Virus record (IMG/VR): IMGVR_UViG_3300012931_000021
Span: 1 to 62,409 of that record
Source: a virus
Taxonomy: Duplodnaviria > Caudoviricetes
Reading direction: 5' to 3' (one strand)
DNA: 62,409 nucleotides
A program made the position numbers and the translations under genes. Numbering within the stretch: position 1 is the first letter of the stretch; every line of letters starts with the position of its first letter. Below, piece by piece: positions 8,314 through 18,522 of the stretch. The notes beneath the pieces are model-generated. The model saw only the letters and a program-made list of their open reading frames with translations. It searched no databases and was not told where the DNA came from.

Positions 8314-9342
8314 GTGAATGATTTTACAAAATTGATGACCAAAAAATCAATTACAGTTGAGGAAACTCCATATTATGTCAAAATTCTTATCTATGCTATG
8401 TCAGGCATTGGAAAAACAGTCCTGGCAGGTTCAGCTCCTGATTTGTTTATATTTACCTGTGAGAATGGCTTATTAAGTCTCAAGAATCCAAATTTGAAGC
8501 ATATTGTCAATCAGAAGGCGAAAACCTTCCCACTAGACAACTTCATAGAAATGAATGCAATGTATGAGTTTTTATACAATCATTGCATTTTGCGTGATAG
8601 GCTTCAAAAGATTCTGAAACAGTACGCAGGTAAAGCAAAGAAGGATGTCCCAAAAGAAGTTGTTGCAAAAGTATCAAAATTGAAGGATGCAATATGGTCT
8701 ATGGAAAAAGGAAATTCACCAAGAAATGGTGAAGAACCTAGACTATACTATTGTGTTGCAATTGATTCTCTTACGGAGCTTCAAAAACGTAGTATGGATA
8801 GAATACTCGATATCAAACATGGTACTGGTATGGTTGATATGAATGATGCTGGAGATATATGTGCTGAAAATGATGAAACACCTGAAGGTGAAGAGAAACA
8901 GCCATTGCCAATAGCAGAAGATGATACTACACTTATCACTGGATTTGCTGATTTCGAGGTACAGGCAGCAACATTACCTGATTATGGCAGCAATACAAAC
9001 CAGATGAGAAAGTTGGTCAGAGCATTCAGAGACCTTCCTATGAACGTTATATTTACGGCGTTGGAAAGGGAAGTGAAAGATGATGTTACTGGAGAAATGT
9101 TTACCAGACCTGCTTTGACTGAAAAACTTGCTGAAGATGTTCTTGGATATGTTGATATAGTAGGATACTATTATTCAAAACTGGTTCAGGTTGAAGGAGA
9201 ACCAGATAGAATTGATAGAGTGCTTCAAGTTCAACCTTTCAAGAATAGGCAAGCTAAGGACAGAAGTGGTATGTTAGGAAATGGTGTTAAAAATCCAACG
9301 TTTACCAGAATCATGAATTTGATAACTGGTATTGAATCATAA
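8314..9342 (+). CDS. AAA_24 / Sak4-like ATPase (recombination)
   Basis: Walker A YAMSGIGKT, AIDSLTELQ, VIFTALE, AKDRSG. Confidence 0.85.
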   Translation: MNDFTKLMTKKSITVEETPYYVKILIYAMSGIGKTVLAGSAPDLFIFTCENGLLSLKNPNLKHIVNQKAKTFPLDNFIEMNAMYEFLYNHCILRDRLQKILKQYAGKAKKDVPKEVVAKVSKLKDAIWSMEKGNSPRNGEEPRLYYCVAIDSLTELQKRSMDRILDIKHGTGMVDMNDAGDICAENDETPEGEEKQPLPIAEDDTTLITGFADFEVQAATLPDYGSNTNQMRKLVRAFRDLPMNVIFTALEREVKDDVTGEMFTRPALTEKLAEDVLGYVDIVGYYYSKLVQVEGEPDRIDRVLQVQPFKNRQAKDRSGMLGNGVKNPTFTRIMNLITGIES

Positions 9343-9395
9343 CAGTAGAAGTATGAAGAATATGAAGCGTATAGCGGAAAGGTAGTGTGCGTATT

Positions 9396-9857
9396 ATGGC
9401 ATTAAAAAAGAAACTTGATTTTACCAATGTAACTGATGGATTTGAACTTCTACCCAAAGGAACATATCCTGTATATGTATTTGAATTACAGGAGAAAACA
9501 GCAACAACAGGTAATGAGATGATTAAGGTCATTTTGAAGGTTGCTGACGGAGAATTCAAGGGAAGGCAGATATGGACGAATCTTGTATTTGTTGAGACTG
9601 CATTGTTCAAAATTCGTGAATTCCTTGTGGCATGTGGAGCGACAGTACCAAAAAAGACTGTAGATATCGATTTCAATAAATGCATAGGAAAGAAAGTAAA
9701 GGTTGAAGTAATTCATAGGACTACTAAGGAAAAGCCGGATGAGCCATTTACTGATGTTAAAAAGTTTCTTCCTTTTGCTGCATCAGATACTAGCAATGGT
9801 ATTCCAGACTCTCCTCCGGATACTAAGGATGAGGATGACGAAGTACCATTCAAATAA
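9396..9857 (+). CDS. DUF669-type single-stranded DNA-binding protein
   Basis: FELLPKGTY, GNEMIK, GRQIW; acidic tail ending DDEVPFK. Confidence 0.8.
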   Translation: MALKKKLDFTNVTDGFELLPKGTYPVYVFELQEKTATTGNEMIKVILKVADGEFKGRQIWTNLVFVETALFKIREFLVACGATVPKKTVDIDFNKCIGKKVKVEVIHRTTKEKPDEPFTDVKKFLPFAASDTSNGIPDSPPDTKDEDDEVPFK

Positions 9858-9877
9858 TCTTTGCTGCACCTGAAGAT

Positions 9878-9906
9878 AACACCCAGATGAAAGTCTGGGT
9901 GTTTTT
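9878..9906 (+). terminator. Intrinsic terminator
   Basis: AACACCCAGA/TCTGGGTGTT hairpin followed by T tract. Confidence 0.85.
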
Positions 9907-9980
9907 GTTGTCTAAAAACCGCATGCAGAAAAGAGCAGAAATTTGCACCGATTCTAATTCACTTATCTTGCATTTGTTTA

Positions 9981-10085
9981 CGGTATGAGAAATTCCACAC
10001 ACAATTGGGTGAAATTTTGCAAAAATTTTAAGATGCCCAAACCAATTTGGGTCGCGGACCCGGACCCGCGAGGATTGTGTGTGGA
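9981..10085. repeat. 105-bp structured element, copy 1 (identical to 36006-36110), flanked by GCAGAAATTWGCA repeats
   Basis: Exact direct repeat; 13-mers at 9935, 10131, 10141 and 10173 (reverse). Confidence 0.92.
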
Positions 10086-10247
10086 ATTTTTCAGAACGTT
10101 GTGAAACCCGAATCCAATGCATCTAGAAATGCAGAAATTTGCAGAAATTAGCACCGATTAGTAAAGAATCACTGCTAATTTCTGCTTAAAACCACACAAG
10201 AATAAACGATTAGCAATTAACCGTATAATAATGATGGAGGTGATAAT

Positions 10248-10622
10248 ATGGCACGTATGAAGATTTTTAGCAGTCTCAAGGATACAAAATACACTATGCT
10301 ACAAAAACTATCGAAGCAGTATGAAGTATCTGACTCAGAGATTATAAGGACAGTAATGGAGCGTGTACTTGGAAACAGAAAGTTTGAAAAGTTGTTGATT
10401 CATGATGTTTACAAAGATTTGGTAAACAATGATAAAGAATTAATCTTAGATGATTCATTGAATGAGGATTTACAGGAATCCTGTTACAACATACCTGAAA
10501 AATGTCCTGAATGTGGAGAAAAGGAGGATATAACTGGCAAAAGTGTGATATCTGTTAATCAGGCTACCAAAACATGGAGTTGTTCAAATTGCTTTTCGTC
10601 AGGATTACTCATAAATGTATGA
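10248..10622 (+). CDS. Putative ribbon-helix-helix protein with C-terminal Zn ribbon
   Basis: RHH-like pattern LSKQYEVSDSEIIRTVME; CPECG...WSCSNC. Confidence 0.55.
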   Translation: MARMKIFSSLKDTKYTMLQKLSKQYEVSDSEIIRTVMERVLGNRKFEKLLIHDVYKDLVNNDKELILDDSLNEDLQESCYNIPEKCPECGEKEDITGKSVISVNQATKTWSCSNCFSSGLLINV

Positions 10623-11050
10623 AAACACATGGTATGGTTGGAACAAGATTATATAAAATTTGGGGACATATGAAAGGACGTTGCAATAATCCAAATGATA
10701 GTTGTTATTATAAATATGGAGCTAGAGGTATTAAGGTATGTGAAGAATGGAATTATTTCTTTGAAGAATTCATGGATTGGGCGTTATCACATGGTTATAG
10801 TGATGAATTATCTATAGACCGTAAAGATAATAACGGTAACTACTGTCCAGAAAATTGCAGATGGGCTACTATTGTAGAACAAAACAACAATCAACGTAGA
10901 ACTATATGGGTTGAAATTGATGGTATAATTGACAATATTTATGGCTGGAGCAAAAGAACTGGTATAGCTCCAGGAGTGTTAAGATGGAGATATCACAATA
11001 AAGGATTGCGTGGAACTAATTTAATAAGACCTCTGTATGAGAGGAAGTGA
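10619..11050 (+). CDS. HNH-type homing endonuclease
   Basis: YGARGIKVCEEW...IDRKDNNGNYCPENCRWAT. Confidence 0.85.
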   Translation: MKTHGMVGTRLYKIWGHMKGRCNNPNDSCYYKYGARGIKVCEEWNYFFEEFMDWALSHGYSDELSIDRKDNNGNYCPENCRWATIVEQNNNQRRTIWVEIDGIIDNIYGWSKRTGIAPGVLRWRYHNKGLRGTNLIRPLYERK

Positions 11051-11057
11051 TATATAA

Positions 11058-13907
11058 TTGGGTAAGAAAGCAGTAAAAGACAAATATATGAATTTTTACA
11101 GCCGATTCTACTCCAAATTACATCCAAACACTGATGGCGAATGCCCTGTAAAAGGATTTTGTCATGATGATAAAACTGATAGTATGAGTATAAATCTACT
11201 CACAGGAAAATGGTATTGTCATGCCTGTGAAATAGGTGGTGATACTATTGAGTTTTACATGAAGTATAAGGAGATAGTAGACGGTGAAATCATAGCGTTT
11301 GCTGATGCAAAAGATATAGCAGAAGCTATGGAGCGCGGTGAGGATGTAGATGAGACCATCATAAAGATGGAAGAACGATTTATAGACTCAGATATGATTG
11401 AACAAAAACATAATGTGTTGATGAATGAAGAACCAGGAAAGGAATATCTCAAATTTTTGACTGAAGAGAGGGGCTTCACTCTTGACACTATAAGACGTTT
11501 TAAGCTGACCTGGGATGCAGATAGGATAGGAATACCTATATACGATAAAGATGGCAACATTGTCAATATACGACGTTACAGCAGGACTGAAACCGGAGCG
11601 AAGAAGATGGTTTCATACAAGACAGGATATGGACGCGCACGGCTATTTCCATATTCTAATCTTCAGGTGGATGCTCCAATAATGTTAAATGAAGGTGAAA
11701 TGGACTGTATATTGGCTAATCAAATGGGTTATAATTCCATATCAGTTACTGGTGGTGCTGGTAGCTGGAGTGACTCATTTACAGAGAAGTTTAGAAACAA
11801 GATAGTTTGGATATGTTATGATGTTGACAAAGCTGGAGTTAATGGTGCTATAAGAGTTGCAAATATATTGTATAGTATTGTTAAAGAAATCAAAATAGTG
11901 CGTCTTCCTATTGATGATATAGAGAATGGTGATTTTACAGATTATGTTATGAAGTTAAATCACACAAAGGAAGATATTGATTCTTTGATTGAAAAGACAC
12001 ATATATTTGAACCAATGAACAGAGATAAGCATAAGGATGATGATGTTCACAAACTGTCATTACACGAAGCGGCACAAAGCCAGTATTATAACAAGAAAAT
12101 TGAAATGAACATAACAGTTGCAGGCAAAGATACCGCTCCATATATGATACCAAAAGTGTTTGAAGTTCATTGTCAGTGCAATAACAAGTCCAAATGTAAT
12201 GTGTGTCCTGTAGGTCTTGAACAAGGACGTTTGAAGGTATCAATACCATCTGATGATATAGTTTTGTTGGAGCTTGCTGATAACAATGTAACTAAAATGA
12301 ATATGACATTAACTGAGTATACTGGTATCAGTGATTGTAATAAGTTTGAAATCAATGTAATCGAAAATGTGAATTTGCAGCATGTGTTATTGATACCAGA
12401 ACTTGATTATGCTAGTGAGTATAGTGAATATGTGTCACGTGAAGCTTATGTTGTTGGTCAGGAAGTCAAAGCTAATCAGGGTTATATCATGGTTGGGACA
12501 ACATTACCACATCCAAAAGACCAACGTGTAACACATTTGATTACTGAGGTTGAACCAACTAAGGATAATGTTGAGAAATTCAAAATGTCACCTGAACTGT
12601 TTGAAAATCTGAAGATATTTCAGGCAGTAGATGGCAAGGTTAATAAGAAGGTGGCAGAAATCCAAGCAGACCTGGCAACAAATGTGACACATATATATGG
12701 TAGGAATGATGTGCTTATGGCTGTAGACCTTGTATACCATAGTGTGCTAGCATTCGAATTTCAAGGTAAGATGGAAAAACGTGGATGGGTTGAAGCTCTC
12801 ATAATGGGAGATACCAGAACTGGAAAGTCTGAGACTGTGCAGCGTATTATTGACCACTATCATGCAGGTGACTTCATATCCGGAGAGAATGTAAGTTTTG
12901 CTGGATTAGTTGGTGGAATTAATACAAGTGGTAGACAATTTATGGTAACATGGGGTAAGATTCCTTTAAATGACCGAAAACTTGTGGCTATAGATGAAGT
13001 ATCAGGTATGACAGTTGACCAGATTGGATTAATGTCTGGGGTGAGGTCTTCAGGTGTAGCTGAGTTGGTAAAGATTCAAACAGATAGAACACATGCACGT
13101 ACTAGATTAATATGGATATCAAATGATAGAGAGGGTAAGGGATTAGGATTTTATCCATATGGCACTAATGCTATTGTGGAACTGATAGGAAAGAATGAAG
13201 ATGTTGCACGTTTTGAATTTGTTGTAACATGTGCTGCAGATGAAGTGCCGATTGAACAGATTAACCGTAAACGTGTTGATATAAAACCAGTAAATCATAT
13301 GTATACAGAAGATTTGTGTCACAATTTAGTCATGTGGGCTTGGAGTAGAAAACCAGAGAACATAAAGTGGGATGAAGATGCTATTGATGCAATATTCAAA
13401 CATTCTAAAGAAATGGGTGATAAATATTCAAGTCGTGTACCATTGGTAGAAGCGGCAAACCAACGTATCAAATTGGCAAGAATGTCAATAGCTATAGCAT
13501 GTAGATTGTTTTCAACTGATAACGGTGAAGATGTTATAGTCAGAAAGGAGCATGCTGACTTTGTGTTTAACTATCTCAATAACATATATTCAAAGCCTTC
13601 ATTGGGTTATGCTGAACTATCATCACAGTATAAACATGAAGAAAAGATGGTTGAAGATGCAAAGCCAAAAATAATAAAATCTCTTGATAGCAACAGAGCT
13701 ATGGCAAATATATTGCTTAGTACTCCTGTTATTAATGCAAGATTGTTGGAGGAATTATTGAATATCAGCAGAGAAGATTCCAAAGCCTGGATGAAGTATT
13801 TTCAACAAAATGGTATGACACGAATGTATGCAAATGGAAATAGCCGTATAACACAAGGTTTTTCTAGAATTCTTAGAGAATGGTTACAGAAAGGTGGTAT
13901 AAATTAA
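11058..13907 (+). CDS. DNA primase (Zn finger + TOPRIM) fused to an MCM-like AAA+ helicase
   Basis: CP..FCHDD..S..WYCHAC; EGEMD and YDVD TOPRIM motifs; GDTRTGKS, SFAGLVGG, WGKIPLND..IDE, ARFE. Confidence 0.88.
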   Translation: MGKKAVKDKYMNFYSRFYSKLHPNTDGECPVKGFCHDDKTDSMSINLLTGKWYCHACEIGGDTIEFYMKYKEIVDGEIIAFADAKDIAEAMERGEDVDETIIKMEERFIDSDMIEQKHNVLMNEEPGKEYLKFLTEERGFTLDTIRRFKLTWDADRIGIPIYDKDGNIVNIRRYSRTETGAKKMVSYKTGYGRARLFPYSNLQVDAPIMLNEGEMDCILANQMGYNSISVTGGAGSWSDSFTEKFRNKIVWICYDVDKAGVNGAIRVANILYSIVKEIKIVRLPIDDIENGDFTDYVMKLNHTKEDIDSLIEKTHIFEPMNRDKHKDDDVHKLSLHEAAQSQYYNKKIEMNITVAGKDTAPYMIPKVFEVHCQCNNKSKCNVCPVGLEQGRLKVSIPSDDIVLLELADNNVTKMNMTLTEYTGISDCNKFEINVIENVNLQHVLLIPELDYASEYSEYVSREAYVVGQEVKANQGYIMVGTTLPHPKDQRVTHLITEVEPTKDNVEKFKMSPELFENLKIFQAVDGKVNKKVAEIQADLATNVTHIYGRNDVLMAVDLVYHSVLAFEFQGKMEKRGWVEALIMGDTRTGKSETVQRIIDHYHAGDFISGENVSFAGLVGGINTSGRQFMVTWGKIPLNDRKLVAIDEVSGMTVDQIGLMSGVRSSGVAELVKIQTDRTHARTRLIWISNDREGKGLGFYPYGTNAIVELIGKNEDVARFEFVVTCAADEVPIEQINRKRVDIKPVNHMYTEDLCHNLVMWAWSRKPENIKWDEDAIDAIFKHSKEMGDKYSSRVPLVEAANQRIKLARMSIAIACRLFSTDNGEDVIVRKEHADFVFNYLNNIYSKPSLGYAELSSQYKHEEKMVEDAKPKIIKSLDSNRAMANILLSTPVINARLLEELLNISREDSKAWMKYFQQNGMTRMYANGNSRITQGFSRILREWLQKGGIN

Positions 13908-14704
13908 TGAATGTATGTATCCTTGGAGCAGGTATGTCAGGTATGGTAGTAGCTAAAGCTTTAGATGATATGGATATTGAGTTTGACATCTATGATAAAT
14001 GTGAAACCAACGTTTCACAACAGAAAGGATTACATTATCTTCACGGAGATATCAACCTGCCATTAAAGCCATTTAAACTCAAAAATTTGGTCATTAGACC
14101 AACTGAAATTGATGTAAGGGATAATGTGCTATACAGTATGAAAGTTTGGGGAAACGCCAATATGTTGAATAACAGCCTAGTCGACCTTCCTGAAGAAATA
14201 AATGTGTATGATTTCAGACATGCTTATGAGATTCTGACTGATTATTACAGCGAACGAGTTATAAAGATGGATATTCAGCGTTCTATGTTATCTGGATTAC
14301 AACATGAATATGACCTTATAATTAGTACAATACCATTGTACGTATTGTTTCCAGAATATCAATGTGAATATGAAACAGTATGGGCTTCTGATGTTCTTCC
14401 ACAGGACGTGGAATTAAAGGACTTCATGGTGATGTATAATATTGTATCTGATGTATCATGGTACAGGTGCTCAAAAGTTTTTGGACAGATAAGTGCTGAG
14501 TATGTAAGCAGACATATAGATGCACATCCTATTAAGAAAATCAAAACTTGTGAGAAAGTAGGTATTGATAGTATGCATCTGATGAGAAATGAACATATAT
14601 TATTAGTGGGTCGTTTTAGTGAATGGAACAGAAAAAGATTAGTTCACGAGATATACAGTATAGTCCAGAAAGGAGTGAAATTATGGCAAAAAACCATGGA
14701 ATGA
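13907..14704 (+). CDS. FAD/NAD(P)-dependent oxidoreductase
   Basis: ILGAGMSG Rossmann motif, GLHYLH, C-terminal GRFSEW. Confidence 0.8.
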   Translation: MNVCILGAGMSGMVVAKALDDMDIEFDIYDKCETNVSQQKGLHYLHGDINLPLKPFKLKNLVIRPTEIDVRDNVLYSMKVWGNANMLNNSLVDLPEEINVYDFRHAYEILTDYYSERVIKMDIQRSMLSGLQHEYDLIISTIPLYVLFPEYQCEYETVWASDVLPQDVELKDFMVMYNIVSDVSWYRCSKVFGQISAEYVSRHIDAHPIKKIKTCEKVGIDSMHLMRNEHILLVGRFSEWNRKRLVHEIYSIVQKGVKLWQKTME

Positions 14705-15108
14705 TTGGTACAAGATTGTATTACTCATGGAAAGGCATGAAAGGACGTTGTAACAATTCAAATCATAGTGATTATCATAATTATGGTGAGCGTGGTATCA
14801 AGGTGTGTGAAGAATGGTATGATTTTATTCCTTTCATGGAATGGGCATTTGCAAATGGTTATAGAGAAGATTTAACACTTGATAGAAAGGATAATAACGG
14901 TAACTACTGTCCAGAAAATTGCAGATGGGCTACACAATTGGAACAAGGTAAAAATAAACGTAATAATGTTTGGATAACAATAGAAGAACAGACTCATACA
15001 CTTGAGGAATGGAGCAAAATTTCAGGCATACGAAAGGCTTTAATTGCAAAAAGATATTATAAACAAGGTAAAATAGGAAATAAATTGATTGAAAAGGTGA
15101 TAATATAA
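14683..15108 (+). CDS. HNH-type homing endonuclease
   Basis: YGERGIKVCEEW...DRKDNNGNYCPENCRWAT; paralogous to 10619. Confidence 0.85.
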   Translation: MAKNHGMIGTRLYYSWKGMKGRCNNSNHSDYHNYGERGIKVCEEWYDFIPFMEWAFANGYREDLTLDRKDNNGNYCPENCRWATQLEQGKNKRNNVWITIEEQTHTLEEWSKISGIRKALIAKRYYKQGKIGNKLIEKVII

Positions 15109-15109
15109 T

Positions 15110-16102
15110 ATGAATATTTATAATCCTGAAAAACCAAAAACATTGGAAGAAATGTGGGATGACCAGTATCAGTTTAACAAATTAATATTACCATGTGACC
15201 CAGTTGATATGACACCTGAACAAATACAATACTATCATGAGAAGTACACACTACTGCTTAATAAGGAATTATATGAAGTGCTTGATGAGACTGAATTCAA
15301 GCCGCATAGAGCAATAAAGGGTAAGATGGTTAGAAGTAACATGGCAGAGGAATTGATGGATGTGTTTAAATATTGGATGTGTCTTTGTCAGGTACATGGA
15401 TTCTCTGCTAGTGACATGATTGAGGAATATCACAGAAAATCAAATGTAGTTAAACAAAGATACTTTCAGGAAAAAGTAATGTCGTTTGATGGAAAGATTG
15501 CTGGTATTGATATAGATGGTATTTTGGGTGATTATCCGCGCTCATTCGTTGAATTCATAAATGAACAATTGGGTACATCATTTGATTATCGTAATATAAG
15601 GTCGTATAATATTGGTGAAGCACTTGGGTTATCACCTGAAGAATCAGCCAGGCTTAAACATCTATATCGTGAAACTGGACAGAAGCGGTTTATACAAGTC
15701 ATTGAGGGAGCTAAACAATTCCTGGATGAACTAAAATACATGGGATATATTGTGGTATTGTTAACCTCAAGACCATATAAGAAGTACAAGCGTATATATG
15801 GTGATACCCAATACTGGTTGGCTGAGAATAAACTACATTATGATGCAATCCTGTGGGATGATATGAAGGGTGAGAGACTCATACAAGAATTTGGAAGGGA
15901 TAGAGTCGAATTTTTTGTTGATGATGTTGCAGAATTTGCAAATGGTATAAGTAAATTTGGTATGAAATGTTATCTTATAAACAGGTCATATAATCTCGAA
16001 GTACCAATAGGAGAAAATGTACGTCGTATGATGTCATTAAAAGATATTCTAACGGATATACAAATGCCATATCCATGGGTGAGGAGATGTGAAAATGAGT
16101 AA
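15110..16102 (+). CDS. All-alpha NTP pyrophosphatase (dimeric dUTPase/MazG-like) fused to a HAD 5'(3')-nucleotidase
   Basis: KELYEVLDE..FKPH..EELMDVFKY; DIDG, LTSRP, FVDD. Confidence 0.82.
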   Translation: MNIYNPEKPKTLEEMWDDQYQFNKLILPCDPVDMTPEQIQYYHEKYTLLLNKELYEVLDETEFKPHRAIKGKMVRSNMAEELMDVFKYWMCLCQVHGFSASDMIEEYHRKSNVVKQRYFQEKVMSFDGKIAGIDIDGILGDYPRSFVEFINEQLGTSFDYRNIRSYNIGEALGLSPEESARLKHLYRETGQKRFIQVIEGAKQFLDELKYMGYIVVLLTSRPYKKYKRIYGDTQYWLAENKLHYDAILWDDMKGERLIQEFGRDRVEFFVDDVAEFANGISKFGMKCYLINRSYNLEVPIGENVRRMMSLKDILTDIQMPYPWVRRCENE

Positions 16103-16694
16103 AACACAGATAGTACACAAAGATTGTGGTAATTCCATTACGCTTGATGCATTACTTGCTGAAGTTTGTCCCCACTGCAACGGAGCGGTTACGGTTGAAA
16201 ACACGGGCTGCATTAACCTCACAGACCCATTTGGTGGTAACGAACAGGCATATTATACATCCAAGTTTTCTGAAGCAGCAGAATCAATCGTGGAGCTTGC
16301 TAGAGGAGTTAAGACTTCAGACTATGGTGAGACTTGGAGACGTCTTGGACTGAAGGGAATATATGTTAAGATATTCATAAAAGAAGGACGTTTGAATGAA
16401 CTTATCTGGAATAAGGATTGTAAAGGTATAGCAAGTAAAAATGAAAGCATTAAAGACACGCTACAGGATATCGCAGCTTATGCTATGTATGGTATAATTG
16501 CACTAGAGGAAGATAATGTATTTGGGGATGAAGCTAGTGCAGAGTATCTCAATACAATGGTTAAAGGGTTGCTTGAAACCATACAGAGAGTAAGAAAATT
16601 TGATGACAAAGAAAGGATGATGAAGGTTGCAGAACAAATTAAGGATACTATTGACGAGAGTCAGAAAAGAATCATTGAGCGGAAAGATTGTTGA
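16095..16694 (+). CDS. DUF1599 / nucleotide modification-associated domain 1 protein with N-terminal Zn ribbon
   Basis: K.SDYG..W, K..RL, ESIKDTLQDIAAYA; HxxC..CxxC. Confidence 0.75.
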   Translation: MSKTQIVHKDCGNSITLDALLAEVCPHCNGAVTVENTGCINLTDPFGGNEQAYYTSKFSEAAESIVELARGVKTSDYGETWRRLGLKGIYVKIFIKEGRLNELIWNKDCKGIASKNESIKDTLQDIAAYAMYGIIALEEDNVFGDEASAEYLNTMVKGLLETIQRVRKFDDKERMMKVAEQIKDTIDESQKRIIERKDC

Positions 16695-17316
16695 GTTATT
16701 GGATACTCCTGACAATGAAACGCTTGAAGTTCATGCACTGTCATGCACATGGGATATTAGAAAACTTGGAACATATCCCGAAGACCTTGGAACATATGAT
16801 GCTATAATTAATACTGCTGGCATAACACTCAATGAATCAGTATTGCAGCATAATTTGCGTAATGCAAGACAGGTGTTTGACGTGAATGTTATAGGAGCAA
16901 TGACATTGACATCAGAATATGCCAAGTCTAGGGCTGAGTTGTCTCCTGGGAACGGTGGACTTATTGTTCACATCGGTAGCACAGGCAGCAGGAAGGTATT
17001 TACCAATTGTAGTGCATATTGTGCAAGTAAAGCTGCACTGGCACATTATATTCAGTGTGCCGGATATGAATTGAAATCACAAAACATTGTCGTATTAGGT
17101 GTGCATCCTGGAAACATAAAAGGAACAAATATGACTAAGAAAGTTCAACTTGACCTGCAGGTAAATAGAGGTATGTCGCAGGATAAGATATCTGAAATTT
17201 ATAAAGATGCTCATGACCCATATGATGTAGCGACATTCATTATTAATCTTTTAAACATGCCACTACTTGACATTTCCGGCGAGAATTTCTATCTCGGACA
17301 ATCTTGGAAAGGATGA
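16627..17316 (+). CDS. Short-chain dehydrogenase/reductase (atypical cofactor loop)
   Basis: INTAG, VNVIG, IGS, YCASK, HPG; TTG start uncertain. Confidence 0.85.
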   Translation: MQNKLRILLTRVRKESLSGKIVELLDTPDNETLEVHALSCTWDIRKLGTYPEDLGTYDAIINTAGITLNESVLQHNLRNARQVFDVNVIGAMTLTSEYAKSRAELSPGNGGLIVHIGSTGSRKVFTNCSAYCASKAALAHYIQCAGYELKSQNIVVLGVHPGNIKGTNMTKKVQLDLQVNRGMSQDKISEIYKDAHDPYDVATFIINLLNMPLLDISGENFYLGQSWKG

Positions 17317-17323
17317 TAACAAC

Positions 17324-18340
17324 ATGAAATTTAACATATTTATCAACAATAAACAATGGGAACAGTTTGATGAAGAGACTATGACAATCTTTAAGGAGGC
17401 TGTATTTCAGCACTATAGAGAAGTTGGATTCCCATATTTTAATCTATCATATAATGAACGTGTGGAAGATTTTGTTCGTGTTGGCAACTTCAATACAGCA
17501 GACATGATTGAAGGTGATAATCAGATAAAACAGGTTATGAGTGGACTTGGGTTTGTAAACCATTATATGCCCCATATGTTTGAAGTCCAAAGTGGAAACT
17601 TTATGACGCCATTGGAAGCATTCATGGATGATAATCTGCTAAGAGAAGCTATTGACAAACGCATACAGTATGGTGATTATATGTCAGATAGCGGTATGCG
17701 TAAAGTGCTTGGATTTGTTCATGGTACTCAAAGAGTCAGTAATTTTAGACCTACAGTTGCCAAGTTTATATATGATAAATATCATTCAGAACATGTTCTT
17801 GACTTTTCTGCTGGATTCGGTGGTAGATTGATGGGTGCAGCCGCTTCAAACGTTAAATATTATGTTGGAATTGAACCATGTGTCAAAACGTATAATGCTT
17901 TGGAGATAATGGCTACAGACCTGCTTCAAATAAGTGATATTGAAGGTATATCACTTATTAGCCAACCATTTGAGGATATTGATATAAACGCAATTGATGC
18001 TGGTATGTATGATACAGCATTCTCATCACCACCATATTACAACACAGAGAAATATAGTGATGAAGACACACAATCATGGGTACGATACAAGTCAGTTTCA
18101 GCATGGGAGGAAGGTTTTCTTAAACCTACAATCTTCAGGTGCTGGGAAGCATTATGTAGTGGTGGTCATTTCATAATAAATGTAGCAAATGTACGTACTC
18201 ATTCAATGCTTGAACAAAACACTATGAGATATGCATTAAAGCAGGGTTTTAAGCATATATGCACATATCAAATGCGTTTATCGAAGTTACATGGTGATGG
18301 TTGGAAAACAGAACCAATATTTGTGTTCATGAAGCCTTAA
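17324..18340 (+). CDS. Amino-DNA methyltransferase (SPPY type)
   Basis: VLDFSAGFGGR motif I followed by FSSPPYY motif IV. Confidence 0.85.
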   Translation: MKFNIFINNKQWEQFDEETMTIFKEAVFQHYREVGFPYFNLSYNERVEDFVRVGNFNTADMIEGDNQIKQVMSGLGFVNHYMPHMFEVQSGNFMTPLEAFMDDNLLREAIDKRIQYGDYMSDSGMRKVLGFVHGTQRVSNFRPTVAKFIYDKYHSEHVLDFSAGFGGRLMGAAASNVKYYVGIEPCVKTYNALEIMATDLLQISDIEGISLISQPFEDIDINAIDAGMYDTAFSSPPYYNTEKYSDEDTQSWVRYKSVSAWEEGFLKPTIFRCWEALCSGGHFIINVANVRTHSMLEQNTMRYALKQGFKHICTYQMRLSKLHGDGWKTEPIFVFMKP

Positions 18341-18522
18341 AATCCAAAATAGGAACAAATAGAGGTATTCAAAATAGGGACAGCAAAGTATATGGCGTAA
18401 CAAAAATAGTTGTTAATTCATCAAAATAAAAAGTCGGTTTTACAGTGTGCTTAATGAGTGAATCGTAGGATTCCTTTTAAGGAAAATAAAGGTAAATATA
18501 GGTGAAGAAAGGTGACAAAATT

